Shown here piece after piece: positions 39,774-54,969 of a stretch of 64,000 bases of DNA (within the stretch, counting starts at the first letter, position 1; every line of letters starts with the position of its first letter). The position numbers and the translations under genes are program-made. The DNA is from Chrysomallon squamiferum (taxonomy: Eukaryota; Animalia; Mollusca): assembly GCA_012295275.1 (NCBI GenBank), contig CM022678.1, positions 10,912,001 to 10,976,000 on the forward strand. The letters are read 5' to 3'. Below the pieces are notes generated by a model. That model ran no database searches and had not been told where the DNA came from. It saw only the letters and a program-made list of their open reading frames with translations.

Positions 39774-41738
39774 CTATGAATTCTGAGTTACACGGATGGT
39801 TGAAATTTCACGTGCCATCTGACAGGTAGCACAGGTTGGACAGCAACACAGTATACGATTGTCCTCCGATATACTTCCCTAAATAAATAAATAAACAAAC
39901 AAACAAAAACAAACAAACAAAGAAACAAAAACAATAGAATCAAACAAACAAAACAAATTTTTTTGGAGACATATAATTGTAGACAAACCGATATATAAAA
40001 CTAGATATATATATTTATATATAAATATAGAGACAAAGACAAACTGACAAAGAGAGAGAGACGATAAATTGTCAGATAAATAGACAGACAGGCAGAGAGA
40101 TAGACGATAAATTGTCAGACAAATAGACAGACAGACAGAGAGATAGACGATAAATTGTCAGATAAATAGACAAACAGACAGAGAGATAGACGATAAATTG
40201 TCAGACAAATAGACAGACAGCAAACGAGGTAGACTATAAATTGTCAGATAAATAGACAGACAGAGAGATAGACGATAAATTGTCAGACAAATAGACAGAC
40301 AGGCAGAGAGATAGACTATAAATTGTCAGATAAATAGACAGACAGCGAGGTAGACGATAAATTCTCAGAGAAATAGACAAATAGAGACAGAGATATACGA
40401 TAAATTGTCAGATAAATAGACAGACAGAGATGTAGACGATAAATTATCAGACAAATGGACAGACACAGAGAGATAGGCGATGAATTGTCAGATAAATAGA
40501 CAGACAGCGAGATAGACGATACATTGTCAGACAAATAGACAGACAGAGAGAGATAAACGATAAATTGTCAGACAAACAGACAGACAGACAGAGAGATAGA
40601 CGATAAATTGTCAGACAAATGGACAGACAGAAGGAGAGATAGACGATAAATTCTCAGATAAATAGACAGACAGACAGAGAGATAGACGATAAATTGTCAG
40701 ATAAATAGACAGACAGACAGAGAGATAGGCGATGAATTGTCAGATAAATAGACAGACAGCGAGGTAGACGATAAATTCTCAGAGAAATAGACAAATAGAG
40801 AGAGAGATAGACGATAAATTCTCAGAAAAATAGACAGACAAACAGAGAGATAGACGATACATTGTCAGATAAATAGACAGACAGGCAGACTGACACACAG
40901 GCAAACAAACAGACAGACATTTAGATAGATAGAAAGACAGACAGACAGACAGACAGATAGCTAAATAGGTAGATATGTATGTATATATGAGTGTATGTGT
41001 GTGTATATAAAAGTAATAAGTACCATGATGTTGTGTTGAGTTCTCAGCTTTGTTCTCAAAGCTAACATTCCACCCGTAACACAGCAGGGTACCGCAACAA
41101 AGCACGACTCCCCCAGGTCACTGGCCACCTGACACGCCAAAATACAGGGGCAGAACCACCCGAGAAGACCTGCAAATACCACACCCATTACTGCTTCAAC
41201 ACCACCAGCACAACCAACACCTGCACCATCTCTAATACTACTACTACTACTACTACGACATCTAGTAATACTATTACTGCTAATAATTTTCTATTATTAG
41301 TACTACTACCGCTGACACTTCAACAACACCAACCACTATTCTTACTGCTATTGCTGCTGCTGCTGCTACTACTACTACTACTACTACTAATTATTATTAT
41401 GTAGATGATGAAGTTAATGATAGGAAATATTACTATTTAGACGAGTACATTTTTACCAAGTGATAAAACAGAGTACAGTGTGGAAACATCTAAATTATTA
41501 AAGTGCATTCGTACGAAATGTTCCGGACGTTACCGAGGAATAACGAAGAACGTACATGAACCCAAGTCCTCAAAGCAGCCGCATATTCCCGTGCTCCAAA
41601 TTCTGGGACCATCGTTCTTCGTTGACTGGTTGACAATCACAGTCGTGTGCTGTTGTTGCTGAGCTGTGTTGCTGGCTTGTTTGAATGGGGCGGGGCTAGA
41701 GGCGGGCCTGGTTGCTGGCTTATGATTGGCTGAGACAT
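39774..41738 (-). pseudogene. PLAC8-family gene J (type II), frameshifted in the first coding exon
   Basis: Exons 41556-41738 (183 nt rather than 3n+1, 34 nt shorter than gene I, so the ATG frame hits TGA before WSTG), 41024-41169 and 39774-39878 (GSISEDNRILCCCPTCATCQMAREISTIRVTQNS*). The downstream exons are still open. Confidence 0.7.
40050..40885. repeat. ~35-bp minisatellite (GACGATAAATTGTCAGATAAATAGACAGACAGAGAGATA-like) in gene J intron
   Basis: More than 20 imperfect contiguous units. A single related unit lies near 52680-52730 in gene L. Confidence 0.9.
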
Positions 41739-41990
41739 GGCTAGAGGCGGGTTCCAAAGGATTACTATAGTAATATGAGATCGTTGTAAAAATGAAGAAG
41801 TATAAATGTTCCGTTCTTGTCTTTTTTTTTTTTAGACTATTATTTTATTTATATACTTTAAATAACGATTCGTTGATCAGTATATAATGGACAGTGAGAA
41901 AAACAAAACAAAATAAATAACAGTTAAACAGACCTATGTACAGACGGACGTGGGAGGAATGATAATAATAAAAATAATAATAATAATAAA

Positions 41991-42038
<48 letters not shown>

Positions 42039-42168
42039 AATAGAGTAGTGTGTTGTCGGATTTTTTTATTTATTTATATATATATATATATATGATTATT
42101 ACAAAAAGGTAAATAATTTCAAATTTCTGGGCTTATACTATCCCGTGTTTTCAAGAAACTGTAAACAA

Positions 42169-42202
<34 letters not shown>

Positions 42203-42571
42203 ACCTACATTTCGTAGAAAACAGGATTCCTATCTAAAATTGCGTCTCCTAAGTTGTCAGGGTTCTTATCTAGTTCACAAAAAAAATGCGTCCAATAACT
42301 GCAGCGCAGAACTTACAACCCAACTAGAAATGTCTACATCCGGGTACATTTTTTAATTCTACGTCCTGATACTAAACAAAATAGATTTATGGGTCACACC
42401 CTTGTCAAAATTTGTTTGCTCAGGCTAAAGAGATCAATATTTGTTTTATTATTATTATTCGCAAGTAATAATGAGATTAACGTCCACAACAACAACACAA
42501 AATGGAATTCCTTCACGTTTGTTGACTGACGACATTATCAATGTTTTCGTTTCAAGTGTGTCTCTGTGTGT

Positions 42572-42682
<111 letters not shown>

Positions 42683-43078
42683 AAATACAGTAATGTAATA
42701 TACTGATTTGTTTCCAGGTATACAAAATGTAATTAAAATAGATCTGTTATAGATAGATTGCTGTGAAAACTTCAAAAAGAAATAAAATAGAAAATTATTT
42801 AAAAAAATAATAATAATAATAATAATTATTATTTTGGTCGTAAATGCCAATATAAAAAATAATAAATTAATTAATTAATTAAGAAAGAAAGAAAGAAAGA
42901 AAGAAAAGTTGTTCAATGAAGGTAAACTTTATTCTATACACAAAAAAAATAGAAACAAAATCAGCGATCCATCAGAGATCAAAAGAATTTAAAAAACACC
43001 AACAAATAAAATATTTTTAAAAATAATAACATAATCATTAACAACACTTAAACTGAACTTAGCTATAATAATAATAAC

Positions 43079-43147
<69 letters not shown>

Positions 43148-43170
43148 CATAATCATAACAATAATAATAA

Positions 43171-43201
<31 letters not shown>

Positions 43202-43642
43202 AAGAAGAAGAATAAGAAGAAAAATAATAATCGTAAGAATAATAATAAAAATAATAATAGAAATCGACTAATATGTTGTTGGTCTTTTTTTATTGATCTA
43301 TATGATTGTTTTAAAAATGTAACGCATTTCAAATTTCTTGCCTTACAATATCCCATGTTATGAGTTACGAGTTTTCAAAATTTTTAATTACACAAAAACT
43401 CATTTCGTAGAAAACAGGATTCTACCTCAAACTGCGTCATCTAACGTGTTAGAATTTGTTTCTTCTAAAAATGAACAAAATCAGACTTTTGAGTTTTTCC
43501 TCGTAAACAGTAGCTAATTAGTTAAAATCAATTTTCTAAAACTGAACTTAAAAAATGTAACATACAGACATACAGACATACAGAAAAACATATAGAAATA
43601 GTTAAATTAAAAAAAAAAGTTTTTTTTTTTTTTTTTTTTTTT

Positions 43643-43780
43643 TATTACTGTATGAAACGGAATCAGTGGAACACGTCTTGCTATCAGCAAGTTGAAATGA
43701 AACGAACGTGACAGTCACGTGACAAAATAGTCTCCCCCCCAGGTGCCACTCACCACCGACGTTGTCACTGTTATCAGTGG
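43643..43780 (-). promoter_or_regulatory. First-exon/promoter module upstream of gene J
   Basis: GTCACGTGAC at 43714-43723 within the conserved block. Confidence 0.55.
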
Positions 43781-44014
43781 TCAAACATTTTATAACATAC
43801 TGCTACACCCCTTACAGTGGCAGTTGGTATATATTATAACAAGATTATACGTACATAACATAAAATAAAAATCGCAGACATTTATATTATGTAAGCTGTT
43901 TTCAGGATCACAAAAAAACAACGTAATTAAGAACATTTGTCACAGCTAGATAACAGTGAAACATTTTCTTTTGGTCGTATATGCGAATATAAAAAAAAAA
44001 AAAAATAAAAAAAA

Positions 44015-45232
44015 AATGTTTCTTTACTTACTGTATATATATTTAGATATATAGATATTGTTATATTAAATAAACAAAAATGTTTCTTTACTTACCGTAT
44101 AGATATTTAGATACATAGATATAGTTATATTAAATAAATTTTAAAAAAATGTTTCTTTACTTACTGTATATATATTTAGATATATAGATATTGTTATATT
44201 AAATAAATAAAAATGTTTACTTACTGTATAGATATTTAGATATATAGATATAGTTATATTAAATATGTTTCTTTACTTACTGTATATATATTTAGATATA
44301 TAGATATTGTTATATTAAATAAATTTTAAAAATGTTTCTTTACTTACTGTATATATATTTAGATATATAGATATTGTTATATTAAATAAATTTAAAAAAT
44401 GTTTCTTTACTTACTGTATAGATATTTAGATATATAGATATTGTTATTTTAAATAAATAAAAATGTTTACTTACTGTTTATATATTTAGATATATAGATA
44501 TTGTTATATTAAATAAATAAAAATGTTTACTTACTGTATAGATATTTAGATACTTAGATATAGTTATATTAAATAAATTTTAAAATGTTTCTTTACTTAC
44601 TGTATAGATATTTAGATGCATAGATATAGTTATATTAAATATGTTTCTTTACTTACTGTATATATATTTAGATATATAGATATTGTTATATTAAATAAAT
44701 TTAAAAAATGTTTCTTTACTTACTGTTTAGATATTTAGATACATAGATATTGTTATATTAAATAAATTTAAAAAATGTTTCTTTACTTACTGTATAGATA
44801 TTTAGATATATAGATATTGTTATATTAAATAAATAAAAATGTTTACTTACTGTATAGATATTTAGATACTTAGATATAGTTATATTAAATAAATTTTAAA
44901 ATGTTTCTTTACTTACTGTATAGATATTTAGATGCATAGATATAGTTATATTAAATATGTTTCTTTACTTACTGTATATATATTTAGATATATAGATATT
45001 GTTATATTAAATAAATTTAAAAAATGTTTCTTTACTTACTGTTTAGATATTTAGATACATAGATATTGTTATATTAAATAAATTTAAAAAATGTTTCTTT
45101 ACTTACTGTATAGATATTTAGATATATAGATATTGTTATATTAAATAAATAAAAATGTTTACTTACTGTATAGATATTTAGATATATAGATATAGTTATA
45201 TTAAATACATTTTAAAATGTTTCTTTACTTAC
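44015..45232. repeat. ~56-67 bp AT-rich minisatellite, about 20 copies, containing the first-exon splice donor
   Basis: Unit TGTTTCTTTACTTACTGTATAGATATTTAGATATATAGATATTGTTATATTAAATAAA. The last unit runs into the promoter module at 45227. Confidence 0.9.
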
Positions 45233-45355
45233 TGCAGGAAACGGAATAAACTGAGCCCGTTTTCTGATCAGGAACATGAAATGAAACTAATGTGATAGTC
45301 ACGTGACAAAGTACTCCGGAAAATGACGATGATTGCCGACGTTATCACTGTTACT
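45227..45355 (-). promoter_or_regulatory. Second first-exon/promoter module upstream of gene J
   Basis: Donor at 45227-45232 and GTCACGTGAC at 45298-45307. Confidence 0.6.
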
Positions 45356-45729
45356 TGCTGAAGTTGTCATACTACTGAAACTAAGCTGTTGCTGCTGCTG
45401 CTACCACTACTGTTATTACTACTACTACAACTACTACTAATACTACTGACAATGAGGATATCGTTGATGGTGATAATGGTAAGGGTGATAATTATAACGT
45501 TGACGACGACGATGTTAAACAAGAAAACAAAAGTTCTGTGATTTACGTTTATTTGCTTTATGGTGTAATACACACTTTACACATCAAAAATTAAGTACAC
45601 CTCGAAAATATATCTAATTTTAGCCATAAGTCCAGAATTATTCGTGCTTATAAAGGCTGTGAAATGAGTAGTTGTAATTAGTTATTGAAAAAACAGGCAA
45701 GTCTCGTCACGTGACTTCTCGTAGGCAGA

Positions 45730-45847
45730 TTATAACTGCTGGGATGCGCGCATGTTTGACATCTCACGTGACATCTGACACAAAGCACAGGATGGACAGC
45801 AACACAGCATACAGCAATCCTGCATTATATCTCCCTAAATAGATAGA

Positions 45848-45884
<37 letters not shown>

Positions 45885-48357
45885 CAACAAACAAGTAAAT
45901 AGAGAAATAATCATATCAGAGAATACATAAATGAAAATAGTGCAAATAAAACAAACAGACAGACAAACAAACAAAAAAACTATGCGATCGAACACACAAA
46001 CAGAAAAAGTTTAGAGACGTATAATTACAAACTGATAGTTATAATAAACAGAGAGACACACAGAGATGGTAGTTAGACAGACACACAGACAGACAGATAG
46101 GTATGTAGGTAGATAGATAAACTGACAGACAGAGAGACAGACAGACAGATAGGTACGTAGGTAGTTAGGTAGATAGATTGATAAAGAGACAGACACACAG
46201 AGATGGTAGTTAGACATACACACAGACAGACAGATAGGTATGTAGGTAGATAGATAAACTGACAGACAGAGAGACAGACAGACAGATAGGTACGTAGGTA
46301 GTTAGGTAGATAGATTGATAAACAGACAGACACACAGAGATGGTAGTTAGACAGACACACAGACAGACAGACAGATATGTAGGTAGATAGATAAACTGAC
46401 AGACAGAGAGACAGACAGACAGATAGGTACGTAGGTAGTTAGGTAGATAGATTGATAAACAGACAGACACACAGAGATGGTAGTTAGACAGACACAGACA
46501 GACAGATAGGTATGTAGGTAGATAGATAAACTGACAGACAGAGAGACAGACAGACAGATAGGTACGTAGGTAGTTAGGTAGATAGATTGATAAACAGACA
46601 GAGACACACAGAGATGGTAGTTAGACAGACACACAGACAGACAGATAGGTATGTAGGTAGATAGATAAACTGACAGACAGAGAGACAGACAGACAGATAG
46701 GTACGTAGGTAGTTAGGTAGATAGAGTGATAAACAGACAGACACACAGAGATGGTCTTTAGACAGACACACAGACAGACAGATAGGTATGTAGGTAGATA
46801 GATAAACTGACAGACAGAGAGACAGACAGACAGATAGGTACGTAGGTAGTTAGGTAGATAGATTGATAAACAGACAGACACACAGAGATGGTAGTTAGAC
46901 AGACACACAGACAGACAGATAGGTATGTAGGTAGATAGATAAACTGACAGACAGAGAGACAGACAGACAGATAGGTACGTAGGTAGTTAGGTAGATAGAT
47001 TGATAAACAGACAGACACACAGAGATGGTAGTTAGACAGACACAGACAGACAGATAGGTATGTAGGTAGATAGATAAACTGACAGACAGAGAGACAGACA
47101 GACAGATAGGTACGTAGGTAGTTAGGTAGATAGAGTGATAAACAGACAGACACACAGAGATGGTCTTTAGACAGACACACAGACAGACAGATAGGTATGT
47201 AGGTAGATAGATAAACTGACAGACAGAGAGACAGACAGACAGATAGGTACGTAGGTAGTTAGGTAGATAGAGTGATAAACAGACAGACACACAGAGATGG
47301 TCTTTAGACAGACACACAGACAGACAGATAGGTATGTAGGTAGATAGATAAACTGACAGACAGAGAGACAGACAGACAGATAGGTACGTAGGTAGTTAGG
47401 TAGATAGATTGATAAACAGAGAGAGCGAGAGAGAGAGACAGACCAACATAATAAGTAAAATCACCATGATGTTGTATTTAGTTCTCAGCTTTGTTCTCAT
47501 AGCTAACATTCCACCCACAACACAGCAGGGTACACAGCACGACTCCCCCAGGTCACTGGCCACCAGACACGCCAAAATACAGGGGCAGAAAAACCCGAGA
47601 CAACCTGCAAATACCACGCCCATTACTACATCAACACCACCAGCACAACCAACACCTGCACCATCTCTAATACTACTACTACTACTACTACGACATCTAG
47701 TAATAATATTACTGCTACTGTTACTGCTGCTAATAGTTTTCTATTATTAGTACTACTACCGCTGACACTTCAACAACACCAACCACTATTCTTACTACTA
47801 CTGCTACTACTACTACTACTATTACTACTAGCACCCCCAATTATTATGTAGATGACGAAGTTAATGATAGGAAATATTACTATTTAGACGAGTAAATTTT
47901 TATCAGTTGATGAAACAGAGTACAGTGTGGAAACATCTGAATTATTAAAGTGCATTCATACGAAATGTTCCGGACGTTACCGAGGTATAACGAAGAACGT
48001 ACATGAACCGATGTTCTCAAAGCAGCCGCATATTCCCGTGCTCCACATTCTAGGACCATCGTTCTTCGTTGGCTGGTTGACAATCACAGTCGTGTGCTGC
48101 TGTTGTTGCTGAAACGGGTATGGCTGGGGCGGGGCTAGTGGTTGTCCAGGTTGCTGGTTTATGATTGGCTGAGACATGGCTTGAGGCGGTCCAGGCTGCT
48201 GATTTATGATTGGCTGAGACATGGCTTGAGGCGGTCCAGGCTGCTGGTTTATGATTGGCTGAGACATGGCTTGAGGCGGTCCAGGCTGCTGATTTATGAT
48301 TGGCTGAGACATGGCTTGAGGCGGTCCAGGCTGCTGGTTTATGATTGGCTGAGACAT
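45730..48357 (-). CDS. PLAC8/cornifelin-family gene K (type II) with five N-terminal 15-aa repeats, ~199 aa
   Basis: Exons 48003-48357 ((MSQPIINQQPGPPQA)x4, MSQPIINQQPGQPLAPPQPYPFQQQQQ..MWSTGICGCFENIGS), 47465-47604 (CLGFFCPCILACLVASDLGES..), 45730-45834 (GDIMQDCCMLCCCPSCALCQMSREMSNMRASQQL*). Confidence 0.9.
46050..47420. repeat. ~137-bp minisatellite, about 10 copies, in the last intron of gene K
   Basis: The anchor CACAGAGATGGTAGTTAGAC recurs about every 135-139 bp and the ORF-track offsets are 137. Confidence 0.9.
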
Positions 48358-48519
48358 GGCTGGAGGCGGTACAGCAGGATTACTGTAGTAAAATGAAGAA
48401 ATTTAAATGTCCCGTCTATTATTTCATTTAACTACTTTAAATAATGGTTTATTTATCATTAATGAGTAAGAAAAGCAAAAGAGTTAAAGAGTCTCACACA
48501 CACATATATACACAGAGAG

Positions 48520-50470
48520 ACTGTCTCTATCTGTCTCTGTCTGTCTCTCTCTCTCTTTCTCGCTCTGTCTCTCTGTGTCCTTGTCTCTCTCTATCTCTCT
48601 CTTTCTCTATCTGTCACTCTCTGTCTCTCACTCCGTGTCGCTCTCTGTATTCCTCTGTTTTCTCCGTCTCTCTCTGTCTCTCTATCTGTGTCTCTCTATC
48701 TCTGTCTCTCTCTTACTTTCTGTCTCTCTATCTCGGTCTCTCTGTCTCGCTGTCTCTTTCTGTCTCGCGGTCTCTCTCTGTGTCTGTCTCTCTCTGTCTC
48801 GTTGTCTCTCTGTCTCTCTTTGCCTTTCTCCTCTCTCTGTCTTTCTCTGTCTCGCTGTCTCTCTCTGTCTCGCGGTCTCTTTCTGTCTGTCTCTCTCTAT
48901 CTCTCTGTCTGTCTTTCTCTGCCTCTCTCTGTCTCTCTCTGTCTCTCTCTTTCTCTCTGTCTTTCTGTTGCTGTCTCTCTCTGTCTATATCTCTGTCTGT
49001 CTCTTTCTCTCGCTCTGTATTTGTCTCTCTCTGTCTCTCTCTGTCTCGCGGCCTCTCTCTGTCTCTCTCTTTCTCTCCCTGTTATTCTGTCCCGTTGTCT
49101 CTCTCTGTCCCTCTCTGTCTCTCTCTTTCTCTCTGTCACTCTCTGTCTCTCTCTGTCTCTCTGTCTATCGCTGTCTTTCTCTGTGTCTCTCTCTGACTCT
49201 TTCTTTCTCTGTCTCTCCCGTCTCTCTGTGTCTCTCTGTATCTCTCTTTCTCTCGCTCTGTATCTGTCTCTCTCTGTCTCTTTCTCGCGGTCTCTCGCTG
49301 TCTCTCTGTTTGTCTATATCTCTCAGGCTGTCTCTCTCTGTCTCTCTCTTTCTCTCTCTATCTCTCAGTCTCGTTGTCTCTCTCCGTCTCTCTCTTTCTC
49401 TATCTGTCACTCTATTTCTCTCACTTTGTCTCTGTCTCTGTCTTTCTCTGTTTTATCTGTCTCTCTCTCTGTATCTCCATCTCTGTCTCTGCCTTTCTTT
49501 CTGTCTCTCTGTGTCCCTCTCTCTCTTTCTTTCTGTCTCTCTCTTTATCTCCATCACTCTCTGTCTCTCTGTCTGTCTGTCTCTCTCTTTCAACCCCTGT
49601 CTCTCTTTGTCTCTCTCCGTCTTCGCTGTCTGTCTCTCTCTGTTTCTCTCTTTGTCTGTCTCAAAGTCTCTGTCTGTCTCTGTCTGTCTCTCTGTCTCTC
49701 TCTTTCTCTCTGAGTCTCTCTCTGTGTATCTCTGTATCTCTCTTTCTCTCTATATCTGTCTTTCTGTCTATCTCTATCTCTGTGTCTCTCTATGACTCTT
49801 TCTCTCGCTCTGTATCTGTCTCTCTCTGTCTCTATCTGTCTCTGTCTGTCTCTCTCTCTTTCTCGCTCTGTCTCTCTGTGTCGTTGTCTCTCTCTGCATC
49901 TCTCTTTCTCTATCTGCCACTCTCTGTCTCTCACTCTGTGTCTCTCTATATATTCCTCTGTTTTCTCCGTCTCTCTCTGTCTCTTTATCTGTGTCTCTCT
50001 ATCTCTGTCTCTCTCTTACTTTCTGTCTCTCTATCTCTGTCTTTCTGTCTATCTCTGTCTATCTCTGTGTCTCTCTATGACTCTCTCTTTCTCTCGCTCT
50101 GCATCTGTCTCTCTCTGTCTCTATCTGTCTCTGTCTGTCTCTCTCTCTTTCTCGGTCTGTCTCTCTGTGTCGTTGTCTCTCTCTGCATCTCTCTTCCTCT
50201 ATCTGCCACTCTCTGTCTCTCACTCCGTGTCTCTCTCTATATTCCTCTGTTTTCTCCGTCTCTCTCTGTCTCTTTATCTGTGTCTCTCTAGCTCTGTCTC
50301 TCTCTTACTTTCTGTCTCTCTATCTCTGTCTTTCTGTCTATCTCTGTGTCTCTCTATGACTCTCTCTTTCTCTCGCTCTGCATCTGTCTCTCTCTGTCTC
50401 TATCTGTCTCTGTCTGTCTCTCTCTCTTTTTCGCTCTGTCTCTTTGTGTCGTTGTCTCTCTCTGTCTTTT
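48520..50470. repeat. ~2 kb degenerate (CT/CTGT)n polypyrimidine tract with higher-order repeats
   Basis: Direct reading. Source of the S/L-rich artefact ORFs. Confidence 0.9.
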
Positions 50471-51845
50471 TTTCAGATGTTTAAAGTAGCCTGTCTGAAT
50501 AAGTTAAATATGTTCCAGTTATTATCGCTTTTTTGTTTGACTTCTTTTCAAGTCATTAGTCACATCCAATAACATTGTGTGTGGGTTTTTTTTAAAGATA
50601 ATTTTCTGTAACATCAACAAACGGTTTCCAACGTTCTTCTAGTTCTTAAATTTATAAAAAAAAAAAAAGTAACTTTGAAAATACCACCTTTGTTTCGCGC
50701 GTCAAGGCTCACCTTTTCAGATTGGGCGATATATATATATATATATTAGTAGAGTATTCTGATATAATTAAAACAGTGAAAAAATGGTGACACTTACATA
50801 GATGGAAAATGTGCCTGACGTCTGAATGTGTCTTCTTCACACACAAAACTTCCTTTTCAAAGCAAATATTTAGAATTAATATCAACAAAACAGTTCCAGC
50901 CAAACAAGGAAATCACACACCGCGAATTGCAAGAAGCCATATTTCATTTAAAAAAATTCAGGGTATGATGTAAATTTTTTTTCTGCGAAATCTATTTTTG
51001 TCTCTTGAAAAAGCAGGTCACCTGAAAAATAGACTTCGTCTCCACCTCAACTACTACTACACAGACACTAAAGCCTGCAACGTTCGTCATATCTGACTTC
51101 AAAATCAGACCCTGTGCAGTTTACCATTGTTCTGTCTTTTCAGAGATCTGATCACACAAAATTACAGCTCATAGACAACAGAAGGTGACACATCTCAAAT
51201 TGCGACACCTGACTTGTCAGCTTTGGTGCAAACAGGATTGTTATAGTAATCTGGAACCGTTCCAAAATGAAGAAGTGTAAATGCCCATATCTTGTTGTGT
51301 TTTTTTTTTTTTTACTGTTATTTTATTTATTTACTTTAAATAACCATTTATTTATCATTAACGAACGGACTTTAAGAAAAACAAAACAAAATGAATAACT
51401 GTTAAAGAGACACGCATATACACAAAGACAGACATGGTAATGGAAACGAGGTGGAAATATAATAACAATAATAATAATAATAATACTGATAATAATGATA
51501 ATCATAACAATAATAAATAAAATAATAATTCAAATAGACTAATATGTTTTTGAGTCATTTTATTTATGTATATGACTGTTTTAAAAATAGAACGCATTTT
51601 TAAATTTTCGTGACTTACAATATCCCATGTTATGTGTTACGTGTTTCATGAATACAAAAATACATTTCATAGAAAACACGTCTGAAATTGCTTGACCTAA
51701 TTTGTTAGCAAACAGCTGCAATTAAATTCATTCTTTTATAGTTTTTCTAATGAACTTAATTTTAAAAGTTTAATATGTAGATATAGAGACATAGATATTT
51801 AGATATATAGATATAGTTATATTAAATAAACAAAAAAAGTGTTTT

Positions 51846-51975
51846 ACTTACTGCAGGAGAAAGAATAAAATGAGCACGGTTTGTGATCAGCAAGTTGAAA
51901 TGAAACTAGAGTAATAGTCACGTGACAAAATACTCCTCCGGAAAGTGACGAAGATTGCCGACGTTATCACTGTTA
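51846..51975 (-). promoter_or_regulatory. First-exon/promoter module of gene K with CLEAR-type E-box
   Basis: Donor at 51846-51851 and GTCACGTGAC at 51917-51926. Confidence 0.6.
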
Positions 51976-52312
51976 CTTGCTGAGATTGTCATAGTACTGA
52001 AACTAAGCTGTTGTTGTTGGCTGCTACTACCACTACAGTTATTACTAATACTACTACTACTAATATTAATACTAATAATAATGATGATATCGATGATTGT
52101 GATAATGATAACGACGACGACGATGATAAACAAAGGAAACAAAAGTTCTATGATTTACGTTTATTTAGTTTATGGTGTAATACACACTTTACATATCAAA
52201 AATTAAGTACACCTCGAAAATATATTTAATTTTAATAAAAGCTGTGAAATGAGTAGCTAAAATTATATATTAAAAACAGACAAGTCTCGTCACGTGACTT
52301 CTCGTAGGCAGA

Positions 52313-53438
52313 TTAAAACTGCTGGTATGCGCGCATGTTTGACATCTCACGTGACATCTGACACACAGCACAGTTCGGACAGCAACACAGCATACAGCAA
52401 TCCTGCATTATACTTCCCTAAATAAATAAAATAAATAAATAAATAAATAATTCCTTATCATCAAACCAGTAAATAGATAAATAATCATATCAGCGAATAC
52501 ATAAATGAAAATAGTGCAAATAAACAAACAAACAAACGATCGAATAAACAAATAGAAAAAGTTTAGAGACGTATAATTACAAACTGACAATTATAATAAA
52601 TACAGAGACAAAACCAGATAGAGAGAGACGTAGAGGGACAGACAGACAAACAAACGGACCGGAGAGACAGACAGACAGATAGACGAAAAATTGTTGTCAG
52701 ATAAATAGATGGACAGACAGACAAATAGACAGACAGGCAGAAATGCTAGAAGGCAGACAGACACACATACGGGTAGATAGATAGACAGACAGACAGACAG
52801 ATAGGTACGTAGGTAGGTAGGTAGGTAGGTAGATAGATTGATAGACAGATAGAGAGACAGACCAACATAATAAGTAAGATCACCATGATGTTGTATTTAG
52901 TTCTCAGCTTCGTTCTCATAGCTAACATTCCACCCACAACACAGCAGGGTACACAACACGACTCCCCCAGGTCACTGGCCACCTGACACGCCAAAATACA
53001 TGGGCAGAAAAACCCGAGAAGACCTGAAAATACCACACCCATTACTACTTCAACACCACCGCTATCACTACTACAACCACCACCAACTATTAACCAGACG
53101 ATGAAGCTAATACTGATAGGATATATTATTATTTAGATGAGTAAATTTTTATCAAGTGATAATACAGAGTACAGTGTGGGAACATCTGAATTCTTAAAGT
53201 GCATTCATACGAAATGTTCCGGACGTTACCGAGGAATAACGAAGAACGTACACGAACAGCAGTCCTCAAAGCAGCCGCATATTCCCGTGCTCCACATTCT
53301 GGGACCCGCGTTCTGCATTCCCATTGGCTGGCTGACAACTACAGTCGTTTGCTGCTGTTGCTGCTGCATTTGCATAGGCATTTGCATAGGCATGACTGCA
53401 GGCGACCCAGGCTGCTGATTTATGATTGGCTGAGACAT
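52313..53438 (-). CDS. PLAC8/cornifelin-family gene L (type II), 3 coding exons, ~143 aa
   Basis: Exons 53252-53438 (MSQPIINQQPGSPAVMPMQMPMQMQQQQQQ..MWSTGICGCFEDCCS), 52884-53023 (LLGFFCPCILACQVASDLGES..RTKYNIM), 52313-52417 (GSIMQDCCMLCCCPNCAVCQMSREMSNMRAYQQF*). Confidence 0.9.
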
Positions 53439-54385
53439 GACTGGAAGCGGTACAGCAGGATTACTGTAATAAAATGAAGAAATTTAAATGTCCCGTCTAT
53501 TATTTCATTTAACTACTTTAAATAATGATTTATTTATCATTAATGAGTAACGGACAGAAAGAAAAGCAGAACAGTTAAAGAGTCTCACACACACACATAT
53601 ATAGAGAGAGACAGACGTGTTAATGGAACGTGTGGACAACAACAACGACAACACAACAACAACAATAACAATACTAATAGCAATAACAGTAACAATAATA
53701 ATGATAATAGTAATATAGCGATAAATCTTTGTTCGTAATCTTTCTCTCTCTCTGTCTCTGTCTCTCTCTGTCTCTTTCTGTTTCTATGTCTCTCTCTGTC
53801 TACCTCTGTCTATTTCTCTCTGTCTATCTCTGTCTGTCTCTCTTTCTGTCTGTCTCTCCCTTTCTCTCTGTCTCTCTGTCTGTCTCTCTCTGTGTCTGTC
53901 TTTATCTGGCTCTCTCTGTCTGTCTGTCTCTCTCTGTCTCTCTCTGTCTCTGTCTCTCTGGCTCTCTTTTTGTTTCTGTCTCTCTCTCCGTTTGTCTCTC
54001 TGTCTGTCTCTCTGTCTCTCTCTCTCTCTGCGCTTGTATGTGTGTTCCCTCTATTGTTATTATGATAACAAGAAAAAAAAAGAAAAATACAAGACAAAAC
54101 AACGATTAAAAGAAAGAAAGAAAGAAAGAATTAAAGAAAGAACGAGAAAAAACAGCAACAAAATTTAAATAAGCAGACGTCAACATCGAACTTTTTTATC
54201 AACGACATCTACGAAGACATGTACATAAATGCCAGCATCCAGCACAAACAACAAAAGCAACAATAACAATAAAAAAAAAAAATATCCAACAACAACAACA
54301 TTAAATTATTTTCAGTAACACCCACACTGATCTGAAAGCAATATATTTGGCCCGGTGCAGCAGTGAATTACAAACCCATGAATAT

Positions 54386-54969
<584 letters not shown>

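Noticed and set aside
48444-50484. Long S/L/C-rich ORFs of up to 406 aa
   Set aside because: Products of a CT-rich low-complexity tract that lacks stop codons.
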